This document shows, piece by piece, positions 10,569-23,100 of a stretch of DNA of 64,000 bases (position 1 is its first letter; each line of letters opens with the position of its first letter). The stretch lies in the NCBI GenBank assembly GCA_013265495.1, contig MU058636.1, positions 2,356,001 to 2,420,000 of the forward strand. The letters are read 5' to 3'. The stretch is from Vicugna vicugna (lineage: Eukaryota). A model generated the notes under the pieces. The model saw only the letters and a program-made list of their open reading frames with translations. It was not told the origin of the DNA and ran no database searches. The position numbers and the translations under genes were made by a program.

Positions 10569-10653
10569 TCATCTGTCTGAAGTGTCTTCGCTGGGTTCTT
10601 CTTGTACGAGGAGGACGTGGCTTCCCGCGTTCCTGCTGATGCACTTGACGGCA
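10569..10653 (-). CDS. SLC46A3: SLC46A3 last coding exon (exon 6)
   Basis: Acceptor tttgctctggcag. Encodes (C)AVKCISRNAGSHVLLVQEEPSEDTSDR*. 85 nt. Confidence 0.93.
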
Positions 10654-12663
10654 CTGCCAGAGCAAATGAGACATTAACAAACTGCGATGAAGGCCATACA
10701 TAAATAATCTGTGTTCCATCTTTTCCCTCATTACATGGCTTTTAATAAATTATGCAGCGGAGGAACATACTGATATTTTGAATCAACAGACTTCTTAACA
10801 CATAGCTCTCTGAAAATAAAATCTACATGAGTTCTTTCTCTTCCAGATTCCTAAGATGTCCATCTGTCCCACTGTCTACTCTGTGCAGGCCACACAAAAT
10901 AGTTACAGCTAAAGCTATTACTGAAGTTCATGTTTAATACTTATAACTGAAACTAGGACAAGAAGACATCTGGAAAGAATTAAAATAGCATGTAATTTTA
11001 ATTTTAAAAATATTGAATAATGTAGGGCTAAAAAAATCTCAGAAGACACCTACATTTACATTAGAAGCATTATTAAAAGGATAATGACCTTTTAGCCCTC
11101 TGTGCTAATTTTTCTAGTTATTAAAAGTCATATGTGTTCATAACAGAATATTTACAAATATATGAAGAATAAAACTAAAATAACCCATCCTTCTACCTCC
11201 TTTAATAAGAATGCAATTCTTATTAAAGTCATTTTTCATGATACGTATGCACCATCCTTTTTTTTTAACCATTTCCTGTTGTTGGCCATTTTGGTCATGA
11301 CAGTTTTTTTGTTTTTTGTTTTTTTTGCCATAATGAACTTCTTAAAATATAAATGATATTTCTGACCATTTCCGCAGGGTAAGTTTCTAAATGGAATCAC
11401 TGGTTCAAATACTATGAACTTTTTTTTTGAAACTTCTGATACACGTTCATGAATTGCTTTCCAAAAATGATCATGCTGATGACACCAGTATCAGCAAGGT
11501 ACAGGGTTGACGGTTTCATCGTGTGCTCACTAGCACAGCATGGAGTTTAATTTTGCCAGTGCCATCAGTGAATAGTCTTTTTGAAAAGATACTGAGTAAA
11601 AATAGCACAGCCACAGAGGAGCCCTAACTACTACTGTAGCCCGCCTTAGGCAGATCAGTGTTCCACGAGACCCCGTGTGCTGAGGTCCCACTCTGAATAG
11701 GACGTGGGCCCGCCCCTTAGGGAGTTCTCAGCTGCGGGGGAGTTTAACGCCGGTGCAGATAGGCGCCGTTCTCCCTCCCGCGCAGCCACGGCCCCTACTG
11801 CCTGGGGAGAGCAGGTGCCAGACCGCCGTGCCCCACCTTCCGTCCGCCCCCATCACGTGCTGGGCGGCAGCCATGGGGGCCGGACAGAGCCCGGCAGAGG
11901 CAGACCGGTGAGCTCTCACTCAGCGCCGGGGCCCCAGAGAGTCTGTCAGATACACTTGCTTGTGCGTCTTCACAACTGCTTCTCTACTGGCTTCCACTTT
12001 TTGTTAAATTAAAAGGCAGATGGGGAAATACATATTTCTCATAAGTTTATGCCTCTTATCTTTTTACTCTATGTACTATTCACAAATAGAATTTTGTACT
12101 TTGTATTTATTTGGATATTTACATTTAAAAGGAAGTCATTAAAAAAAAGCCAACTCTCTGGAAAGAAAATTCTTAATATTCGGTGTATGCTCTCTGCTCT
12201 TGTCATTTAATCTATATTAAAGTGTATCTTCCTGATCTACTGAAATTATGTTGAGGATAGGAAAACACACAGTATAAATATATATCTGATATATAGGGAA
12301 AAAGATATATCTTCCTGTACTGATCTTTGACTTTCAGGGAATATTACACTCTAGGATATCATAGTTCGAATATATATGTATTTTTTTTCTTAGCTGCTAA
12401 TTTCATCAGTTGTTCATATTTAAAGATGAGGTAGCTTCTCAGAGGTTAGCCTAGTCTGTCTTCTAGTTCTGGCTGGTCACGTCACTGTCTCTTTCTTCCT
12501 AAGTCTCCAAAATTATTGACAGATGTCTTCACATCTAAAAGTTCTTGAGAAAAGTACATTTGGAGGCAAAACTTCAACAGATCTATGTAATTGTACTGGC
12601 AAGTTCAGGGAATTCACTCAATCCATCTCTCCTTTGATAAAAGGATGAAAAATAATTACATAC

Positions 12664-12820
12664 CATAGACTGATGGCTGGGATTAGTAATAAAACGGCGG
12701 AGAGCAGAAAGACGAAACCTTTGTGCCAGGCCACGGTGGCTGAATAAATTCCATTGAAAGTAGAAACTGCAGTGACTCCGCCAAGTGTTTCTAAGAAGGC
12801 AATACAAGCAAACAGGGTAC
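12664..12820 (-). CDS. SLC46A3: SLC46A3 exon 5
   Basis: AG/GT bounded, 157 nt. Encodes (G)TLFACIAFLETLGGVTAVSTFNGIYSATVAWHKGFVFLLSAVLLLIPAISL. Confidence 0.96.
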
Positions 12821-15017
12821 CTGTTGGGGTTGGGGTGTGGAGGGAGAAAGAACAGGCTGAGTTGCACAACAGCAAACACAGATAATGGAGCAAACTTACT
12901 CACAGTGCAAACACAGGGGCGCTGCTTGTGAGGGAAAGCTATTCCCTCAAATCCCTGAGAACTCAGCAACCCATTTTGTGGGTGAAGAAACTGAGGTCAG
13001 GACTTCTTCTCGGACTTGAGGTGAGAGGAGTTGGAAACACCGAAGTTCCAGTGTCAACAGGGCAAAGCTAAGAGGTACCAGATGCTGAGCCGAGTGAAAT
13101 CTGCCACATCTCCCCTCCCTGCCATGTCTTCCCTCCCTGCCACAGCCTCAGACGCAGCCACAACGCTCCTGAGGCTCCAGGGGCCACCGTCCCCTCTCGG
13201 TCCCTGCGCTAGTCTGTGACACACACTGTAAGGGCAGGATGGCTCCCCGTGAGCAATGTCCCATCAGGGGCCTTTTGAAACGTAAAGTCAGATCTAACAA
13301 GAGTGACAGGTGCAGGCCAAGAGAGATGATTGTATCATACGTCCTGCAGTTCGAATTTGATCCCTCTTCCAAAGTGACAAAAAATTCAGTCATCACAAGA
13401 TTCCTGCAAGTTTGACTCATCAAGTAACTAGGTAGGTAACTACCAGTGCTCCAGTGAAGATTATGCCATGGTTTGACGTTAAGTAATTCTTTAAAACGTC
13501 TTTTTCTGCCTGACCTGCCTACAACGCCTCCCCTCTGAGGGAGTCCGCGGTCCTTCCTGCTGGCCCCACATCGGGTGTGGGAAAGGGCAGGCCTTGGGGC
13601 ATTGACCAGGCAGCCCGAAATGGCTGCGTGGTCAGTGCAGGCTCACAACCAGGGGAATAGTCATTATTCTACAGTTTTTAGTTTTGTCTAGAATCTAAGA
13701 CCATATTGACTGAAGACTTAAACCTCCAAAAGCTCGCTGGTCATTTTGATGTAATTTTCTTCCCCCTTTTCAAACTTTGCATCACTAAAAACGTGCCGGC
13801 TGGTTTCAGCTCTATGAGGCTCCTGCAGTGGTTTCCGCAGACTGTCTGTAAGCCCTGGGGCCTGTTCCCTGTTTTGCCGAGTGTACTTCTCCGGGATGAA
13901 CTGTAATGCACTTTTTTTTACAGACACTGCAGATCATGTAAATTCTGTGATTGGGCTGGTAGGAAGGAGAAGGCAAGCTTGGTCACCTTCATAACTAGGT
14001 TATGGTTTTCATGTCTGTGCTCTGATCTTCCCCATGCCCTTGACCTTTTAGACTGTATTGATTTTTATCTATTTAAACTTTCACTCTGTTATATGTATTC
14101 TTCACATTGCTTCAAATGCTTCATTGAGCAGCAGGACACATGTTCATAAAACACACATCTCTCTGCAGAATACTGGGTTATCATTAACGTGTCTTCTTTT
14201 GACTGGAATGAAAGTTCTGTCAATGCCAAGTACATATCTGCTTTGTTCACGGCTGTGTCCCCAGGGCCTAGTTGTGCTGGCACATAGTAGACATTTAATA
14301 TCTGTGTGTCAAATGAATGAATAAAAGCTTCATTCAAGGACACAGTTATCAATCATCAAGTAGTGTATGGACTTCCTGCCTCCATGATTTATGATGATAC
14401 AGTAAGTCAGTTTAATTGGGAAGGTGTCCTCTTACTTGTCTAACAACATAATCATTTCATTTTATTTCTGACCCCTTGCTGCAGCCAGGGACAGGGTCAC
14501 GGAGGACAGACTGCGCAGTACTAATCCTGTTACCTGACGGCTTGCGTCCTTCCTTGTCGGGAACTCGGTGGGGCAGTGCTGTGCTCTGACACAAATAACC
14601 CTACTCCTATGAAGTCACTCCAGCTTGCTGCTGAACTCCTCTGAGCAAGGCAACTGGTTTAATAGTTGCTGGGGATAGATTGGAATAAATACAAGTGCAG
14701 TGTAGTTTATTTTCTAAACTTTAAAAAAATCCAACAGACCTCAGGACTCAAGTCTGTTTTTACTGTGTTTCAGTTTATAATCTCAAGGACTACACAGGTG
14801 ATGATGAGCCAAGAGGAAGTCTGGGGTGGCCCTGGCCAAGAGTTACACAGCTGTGTGGAGCACAGAGATTTCAAAATAATTGCCAAGTCACTTTACTCCC
14901 CTTTCGGAGAGAGGAGACGGGGAGGCATCTGAAAACCTCTGTAGCATTTCCTTTCTCCTCTGATTATTTTAAGGTACCTAATGTGTCACAAAAATTATCC
15001 ATTAAAAAAATAACGAT

Positions 15018-15160
15018 GAGGGGAGGGTACAGCTCAGTGGTAGACTGCGTGCTTAACATGCACGAGGTCCTGGGTTCAATCCCCAGTACCTCCATTAATA
15101 AATAAATCTAAATACCCCCCCAAAATTAAAAAAGAAAAATGAAAAACAAAATTTAAAAAA
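15018..15160 (+). mobile_element. tRNA-derived SINE (camelid Vic-1-like)
   Basis: GGGGAGGGTACAGCTCAGTGGTAGA...GGTCCTGGGTTCAATCCCCAGTACCTCC with A and B boxes, then an A-rich tail. Confidence 0.85.
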
Positions 15161-15472
15161 ATGATAAATGGAAATATATTCAGTTATGTGAATTTTAATA
15201 CCATCAAAAGGATTTCTTCATTTGCAGTTAAGAACAAAGGGAGTGAGCTATACTAGAGCAATGGGATCACAGTCCAGTTACCGCAGTTCAGAATAAGAAA
15301 TGCCGAACTGTAAACTAAACATTTTTAAATGTCACTGTATTTAACAGTATGAAATAAATGACTTTTAAGAAAGCCTTTATAGAGAAACTAAACTAAACCA
15401 AATATAAATAAAAATAAATGATACATTCTGACAAGTCTGTTTTAGCTCTAAGGAAAAGCAGGTAGATTTTTC

Positions 15473-16536
15473 TTTTTTCCCTGAATAGCTTTATTGAGAT
15501 AGAATTTACATACCATAAAACTCACCCTTTTAAATTGTACAGTTCAGTGGTTCTTTCTGTGTTCAGAGTTGGGCAGCCATCATCACTGTCTAATTTTAGA
15601 AGATTTTCATCACCCAGAAACTCTGTGCCCATTAGCACTCACTCCCCTTCTGCCCAGCCCCTGACAAACACTAATCCAATTTCTGTCTGTATGGATTTGC
15701 CTTTTCTGGACATTTTGTATAAATGGAATCATATTTGTATGATAATATGTGGCCTTCTGTGACTAGCTTCATTCATCTAGCCTAATGATTTCAAGGTTCA
15801 TCCCTGTTGTAGGGTTTATCAGTACTTCATTTCTTTTTATTGCGAAATCATATTCCAGTGGACAGACATAGCTCATTTTGTTTATCTGTTCATCAGTTCA
15901 CGGACATTTGCATTGTTTATACTTTTTGGCTGTTATAAATAATGCTGCTAGGAATATTTGTGTACAAGATTTTGTGTGGACATGGGTTTTCATTTCTCTT
16001 TGGTATATACCTATAAGTGGAACTTGCCAAGTCACCAGGTAACTCTGTTTAATTTTCTGAGGTGTTACCAAACTGTTTTGTGAAATGGCTGCATTATTTT
16101 ACAATCCCACTGCAGTGTATGAGGGTTCCAGTTTCTCCACATCCTCACCAACACTTCGTATGGTCTGTCTCTTTCATTCAGCCCTTAGTGGGTCTCGTTG
16201 TAGTTTTAATTTGCATTTCCCTATTTTCTCATGTGCTTGTTGGCCATTTGTACATCTTTGGAGAGATGTCATTCAAATCCTTTGTTCATTTTTTAATTTG
16301 GTTGTCTTTTTTACTGTTGACTTTTAATAGTTCTTATATATTTTGGATACACATTCCTTATCAGACATATGATTTGCAAATATATTCTCCCATTCTCTGG
16401 GCTGTCTTTTCACTTCCTTGATGGTGTCTTTTGAAGTCTAACATTTTTTAATTTGGATAAAGTCCAATTTATGTACTTTTTCTTTTGTTGTTGTAGTTTT
16501 AGTGTCATATCTAAGAGACCACTGCATGATCCGAGG
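15473..16536 (-). mobile_element. 5'-truncated LINE-1 (ORF2 3' end plus 3' UTR) in SLC46A3 intron 4
   Basis: L1M-type 3' sequence between 17-bp direct repeats AAGCAGGTAGATTTTTC (15456-15472 and 16537-16553). Confidence 0.88.
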
Positions 16537-17677
16537 AAGCAGGTAGATTTTTCCATACTATTTTTTATATTCTTAAGTGGTTTTCCAGTTAATCCTCATC
16601 ACACAGTCTATGAACAGCTGTGTGAATATACAGCTGCATCTTATGAGTGGAAAAGAATCAAGAAATACTGTTTTTAAAATTTATTGCATTATGTAGTCTT
16701 CCCTAGTGTTTATTAAAGTGCCAGAAATACAAAAGCATAATTATGAATTATTCATAAACAATTAGTATGAACATTTGCATCAGGCTAAGACACGGAACAA
16801 AAGAAAGCTCCAAGGTTCTAATAATATTCATATGATCAAAGCAAAGGAAGACAACCCCATGTGCCTGACGTGCAGCTGATGACTAGTTCTAACTGGAGGC
16901 CTTACTACTGGTTTCCGTCTGTACTGGTTGTTCTCTGCCCGCCCCATCAGCCGTTGGCTCTTCTGTGTCCTGCTCTGTGCTTGGGAGGCTGACCCCTCGG
17001 GTTACACGACGGGGACCTCCCTGCTAGTTTCTTCTCTGCTCCCTCCCTGTTGGGCCATCCTCTCCTCTGTGCTGCCCTCCATTCAAGTCTCTCGATTGAA
17101 GCAGCTCAGGGGATCCTGTTTTGGTTAGGGCTCTGACTCAGGCCCAGCTCTGACGTTTGTGAGGTCCAGTGTAAGGATATAATTAGAGGCCTACAAATTA
17201 TACTCTAAGTACTTAAAAATTATAACTCTGAATAACAGTTAACTGAGATATGGTCTATGTCCCGACTCTGAGAGATATACCTTTCTAATGCTTTGGAAGG
17301 TCAGACACAAACTTAGAATTCTCAGACTTTTTAGAGTTCTCTGTAGGAACATGACAGCCCTGAGAAAGCCAGCTGTCACCCCCTGGTCCCCATCCTGCAG
17401 GCTGCAGCCCACCCACATTGTGTGCTACCCCCTGCTCCATTCTGCTCAGAAAGGGTCATGTCCAGAGGAAGCCCTCTAAAGCATGAGGCCCTGGGCAGGG
17501 GTCCCCTTGCCTGAATATACGCCTTTCCCTAATGCAGACTTTACCACTTAATTCAAAAGGAGTTCTGAGCAGGAAAAGGGGTGTAGAATATTCTGAAGAG
17601 TCAAACACGGATGGCACACAGATGCGAGTTGGTACGGATCACAGATTTATTCCATTCCTTAAGCAGATGACACTCAC

Positions 17678-17761
17678 CTTGCTCAGTAGGACGCACCACT
17701 TTTGTCATCATGGACCGTAGAACAGAGAGCGGCACGACAGTGAAAAGGAACGGCAGCCTGA
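17678..17761 (-). CDS. SLC46A3: SLC46A3 exon 4
   Basis: cccctcccag/...CAAG/gtgagt, 84 nt. Encodes (V)RLPFLFTVVPLSVLRSMMTKVVRPTEQ. Confidence 0.95.
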
Positions 17762-19260
17762 CTGGGAGGGGAACAGTCGGAAATTACTGGCTGAATCGGA
17801 AAAGTACGGGTCCGTTTCAAAGGCGAAATACTTTTCTCTCTAAATACTGCATTTCCTATAAGCATCACTCATTGCATCTAATGGCTGAGTTACTTAACGG
17901 TAGAATTCTGTGTGATGAATTAAGATAGACTATAGACAGGTCAGTTTAAGGTTAGTTTCCTCTCAAATTCTTATCCCAGTGCAGAGAGCAAGAGCTCATG
18001 CAAGTTGTAGTCCAGAGCTGTATGACCTGCTAACTGAAATCCATCGACTTCCCTGGTTATAATAGCAGCCTCGTGTTTAGCAGGTTGAGACTATTAATTC
18101 ATTTTCTACTTTATATTTTTGCACTTTCAGACTTGGCATTCTTAGTGTTAGCATTCTTTTATTATATTGATAAGTTGGTTCCTTATCTGCTTGCTTATTC
18201 ATCTCTGTGGCTGAATAATTTCATGAACACAAATCTCCTCTGCTCTTAAATTATGATTCTTAATAGTCAGTAGCATTTTTAGTTATATGACAAGATAGTA
18301 AGATATTACATTTGCAGATCACTTTGAAGTTTTGTGTGTTTTCACATACGTTAACGTACTTGGCCTTGGCAGCTCCAAGGGAGATGGGGGGGATTACATG
18401 GCATTTACTGAATACTCGGAACTGTGCTAAGTGATTTACAGTTATCTCCTCTGATATTCATTATAACCCTCTGAATTAAGTACTACTACGCCCATTTTAT
18501 AGATGAAAAATAAGGGCTCAGAGTAGTTAAGTAACTTGCCCAAGATCACCTAGTACTATAGACAGAAATTAAGCCCAATTCTATTTGCTCATCCTGCTTC
18601 CCTGCAAGGTAGCAAGGATTAATATTGCCTTTGTAGAAAAAATAAGAAAAAACTAAACCGGACCTTTCCTGAGGCTCCAGATCCCTTACAGGGTTACAGA
18701 TCCCTTAACCCTTTCAAATGCAGTATTCCGCTTAAGCCCTGCAAAAGCCACTTATGAGGCAGGCAGTTAAGGAGGCAGTCAGTTTACCAAAAAGTGATTC
18801 ATCAAAAGCCAATTCATGAAATGGCCAATCTGCTGAAAGATCAATTTGCAAAATCTTCTTGAATATAGTCAATAAATATTTTCCTTATAAATCTTTTGAG
18901 TTACTTTACATAATTGCCTTTAAAATTTTTTATGTAAAGTAGCCTTCTTATCAGCATTTTAAGAAATATTTAAGTTAGTGAAAGCTATATTACAGAACTG
19001 ATTCACATGAAGAATGTTCCTCAAGACAATTTTTGGCAAATACACAAATTTGGAAAATTGTGGTTATTTAGTGAATTACTTTTTTTTTTAAAGTAAACTG
19101 ATTTTTAGCTTCTGTCAAACTAGCTTTTAACAAAGTACCTTTAATTGAACTAGAATGTATTAAATCAAGAATTTCATATTAGTTTCTCACCCAACAGACT
19201 AAATCCATTTTATATAAATATCAAATACCCCTTTACTTTTAGGCTGCATTTGTAACTCAC

Positions 19261-20131
19261 CTAAAAACATCATCAGTGTTGTTCTGGCAAAAGCAGTCAT
19301 AGCCATTCCCACCATGGTGGTAAAAATTCCAATGAAAGTCATGTGAATGTCTTCCATGCAGTAAGAAAAAAGCCATATTCCTAGGAAGCTGCTCAAAAAA
19401 GAGATACTGCCCAAAGCTGATCCATAACCTATTAAAACTTCATCCCAGCAGAGTGGAGAATTCAATTCATAAAGAATAAAAATGGGGGAAATGCCGATTA
19501 TCACGAAAAAATAAGTGATCATCGTAAAAATCAACAAACAGAGCAAAGACCGTTGCTCCCCAGAAGCATTTTTAAAAAGCATGTAAGTTTGGTAAAATAG
19601 GTTTTTAAAGCCTTCAGTGCATGATATAGAAACATTCTGAGAGGAAGACTGTTTCATTGAATCATCAAGGAAAAATAAAATATAAAGCAAGTTAACAGTA
19701 AGAGCCACAGCAATCATTAAAAATGACCACACAAAACCTAGTTCTCTAATAAAATAGCCAGAAGACAATGCTGTTAATCCAGTGACGATTCCAAGCAGGA
19801 AGTCAATTATAGCTATTCGAATTGTTCTTTGTTTCTGTTCTTTACATTGATCAACTATGTAGGCAAAAGAGGCTCCCAAAAATGTGGTGGAATTGCCACA
19901 AAGTGCGCCAATAAAAGTAGATGCAATCAAAAGCTGGTATGGAAAAGCAAAATAGGAGAGCAGACAGAGCCAAACACTGGTTACAAGCACACCCACAGAA
20001 GACAGAACCAAAGGGAATTTTCGTCCTCGCCGGTCACTGTGAGACAGAAGAATGAATGTAGACACAAGACCAGGAATTAACCCACTCATGTCCATCTGAA
20101 GATTAAAAAGAGACACTTTTTTCTGAACTTC
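19261..20131 (-). CDS. SLC46A3: SLC46A3 exon 3 (large internal exon, MFS transporter core)
   Basis: ctttgcag/GAAGTT...TTAG/gtgagt, 871 nt. Encodes EVQKKVSLFNLQMD...SDRRGRKFP...YELNSPLCW...TTLMMFL. Confidence 0.98.
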
Positions 20132-23100
20132 CTGCAAAGAGATAAAAAAAAAAAAGACAAAGTGTTTACAGAGGCTTACACAATGTGCCTAAAAATACCA
20201 TGGTGCATGCTTGTCTTGATACAGCCAGTAGGTCAGGGATGGGGAATCTCTGGTGCATGGGCTGATACAGCTTCAGTCTTCATCCAGTTCACAAAGCAAA
20301 TATCAAGAGGTGCTATAATCATCAATGCTCAGTCATGATATTCAAGTACCATGGAGGGGCATTAATCCATTAAAAGAAAAATGTGTGTATTGGTGTATGT
20401 CTGTCTTACACAGAGCATCCACAGAACCCAATGCCTCGGGGACTGGCAATGTAATGACTTCTCTTTCTTCTGTGAACAGTTAGCACTAAGAGATCATGAC
20501 CACTGTTCTAAAGCAAGAGCAATAATACCCCTTCTCATGATACACCTTTCTGTCTACTCGCAAGGGGAATTATATCACATGTAAATGTCATAGTTGACAG
20601 ACCTTTATTTTGGAAGAGCTGGTTGCCCTTTTTACATGTATCTCCAAAGATGGATTAGGGAGAAACTTATTCCTTTATTTGCTAAAAATTAAGATGAAAC
20701 CAAAAAAAAGATAAAACCCAAAGAGGAGCTTTGAACTGACTAATTGACTAAAGATGGTGGCGTGCCATGAACTAAGGAGTGAGAGACACTCAGTTTCCCT
20801 AGGGACCAAAACAACGGCGTCCACACAGTTCGGCAGATGTAACCATCATTACACTAGTTATTTGATGGGAGGTGTTTGGGGTGATTTAAAAGCATTTTCT
20901 TCTTGCCACTTCCCTTGTATTTTCCAAACTTTATATAAAGGATATGTGCTGTTTTTATGACAGGGATTACTAAACTCATTTTTAAAAAAGATTTATTCGT
21001 GTAATATTTAGGAAGCACCCTAAAAACCTGATGAACCGCAAAATATCAAATAATGAATTAATAGTTATTTAAAATAGTGAGCCTATTTTTATTTTTGTGT
21101 ATTTATATAACTCAAACAATTCCCTGTTGCCAGGAAATGTTCTAGTCACTCAGACTCAAAACTTCAGTTGTCTTTGCTTCTAGCCTTTCCCTTCGTCCAT
21201 GGCCCCCTGCACGGTCTCTCCTGTAACCCCAGCGTTTCTCACACCCTTTACCTTCTTGATGGTCCTTAGTTGCCACTTGAAGGACAGCTCCCACTGGTTC
21301 TCACCTGGACCACTCTGGCATCTAACTGGGCTCATTGTTCAGTTCAGAGTATAAAGCCAGTCTTACCACTTGGCCGATCATACTCTAAAGCTGGGAGCAT
21401 CTTGCAAGGCCCACTATGTCTTTCCCCTGTTGCAGTCTCTCCCCACTGCCTGCCAGAGAAAGTCCATGCTCTGCAGTCTCGTGTTTAAGGCCCAAGATGG
21501 GGCCCGAGCTCACTCTTCAGCATTATTCCCACTCGCTCCCCAGATACGGTCTGTGTTCCAGGCACAGTCCGTGGTCAAGTCCCACTTGGATTTCCTTGAA
21601 ATTCCCTAACAGATGTAATCGCTCCTGCCTCTGAAGCTTCTCATACGACGTTACCATTCCCTGACTGCACTTTTTTGTACTGAGCTTGAGCTCTGGAGTC
21701 AGACGAATCTGGATTCAAATCCTGTCAGTTCTGTACACAGCAATTCCAGTGATCTTTAAAAACACACATCAGCTCAGGTCGCTCCTCTGCTCAAAATCCC
21801 CAGTGGCTTTCCTTACGCTGGAATGAATCCAGACTCCTCGCCCTTCCTCAGACCTCCACGCTCCTTCTGATTCTGTGCTCGCTGTTTCTCCTGACTGTCT
21901 ATCACACAGCCCACGTCCTCAGTTCAAAGTCACCTCCTTAGAGGGGGCCTCCATGACCATCACTCAATCCAAAGCAGTCCCACTGCCCCCGACCCAGTGC
22001 TCTAGCCCCTCGTCCTGCGTGTTTTTCCTTAGGGACTCACTACTCCTCGACAGGACATGATAATACATTTCTCTCTCTCTCTTTCTCTTTTTTTAATTGA
22101 AGTGCGGTCAGTTAGGACGTGATATTTTAATTGACCCGTACATTGCATGACTTCTCTACTACGACCTAAGCTCTGGGGGTTGGAACCTTATCTCCTTCAC
22201 CACAGTGTCGCCAGCTCCAAGAACAGTGCTTCCAGGGTAGCTGCTCAGTAGATTGACCGATTGAATGATCGAATCATCACCTAAAACAGGCTCTGTAACT
22301 TGCAGGCTCATCGCTATAGCTTCTTCATCTGAAAAGAGGGGATGACAGCAGTCCCTATCTTACAGGCTGTCAGGACACTTAAACTAGAGGTAACATAAGG
22401 TGCTCTGCGCAGGGCCCTGGTGCGTAGTCAGTGCTTAGTCAGTTTCGGCTGTTCCTTTTCTACTTGATCGGATCTCCTGAGCACATTTTATATCTCCTAC
22501 AGATATAGAAGCCATAAGTAAATATTTACTGAAGAAACAAGTACATGAAACAGTTATCTTTTAATGAGCTTCTCAATGAGATGTCCTAGTTTGGGGTTCC
22601 TCCTCCCACTTCAGTGCTTCCCCCCAGGTCCCGTCTTCTCCTTTCTGCCTACTACCATCCCAACCCAATCTTTTGCACAGACCACTCCCCTCACCTGGAA
22701 CTTTGTTTTGAAAAGACAGATTTTAACAAAGACAAATTCAAAGCACATTTCAATCATAAATCAGTGTTGAGACATAAGAAATTCTTGTATATCTGTATAT
22801 TCTCAACTCTGAAGAATTACAGTTACTGTGTTATATAAGGGTAGGTGGGAGATATGAGACTAAAAACATGCTATTTCCTCTATAGGCTTGAACAGAATGA
22901 CAACATACTGAGTCAGGGATAGATGAAGGGAAGGTATTAGGAATTTTAAAGAAGTCACAATTTCATAGGCTACAATGTGTATATTCCAATTGAGTAGAAA
23001 GTATCCTTTATCTGCTGGTTACAAGGGATTGTGTCAGTTATTAAAAGGTTTATATATAAGTTCCTGAGCAAGAACAACTTTGTGATCTGTTGGGTGACCC

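Noticed and set aside
15018..15095. tRNA-like sequences as real tRNA genes (also ~33880, ~42615, ~55515)
   Set aside because: They have A-rich tails, TSDs and diverged stems, so they are SINE heads.
19199..20137. 312-aa single ORF read as a stand-alone gene
   Set aside because: It is SLC46A3 exon 3 read past its splice sites. The AG at 20132-20133 and GT at 19259-19260 give in-phase joins to exons 2 and 4.
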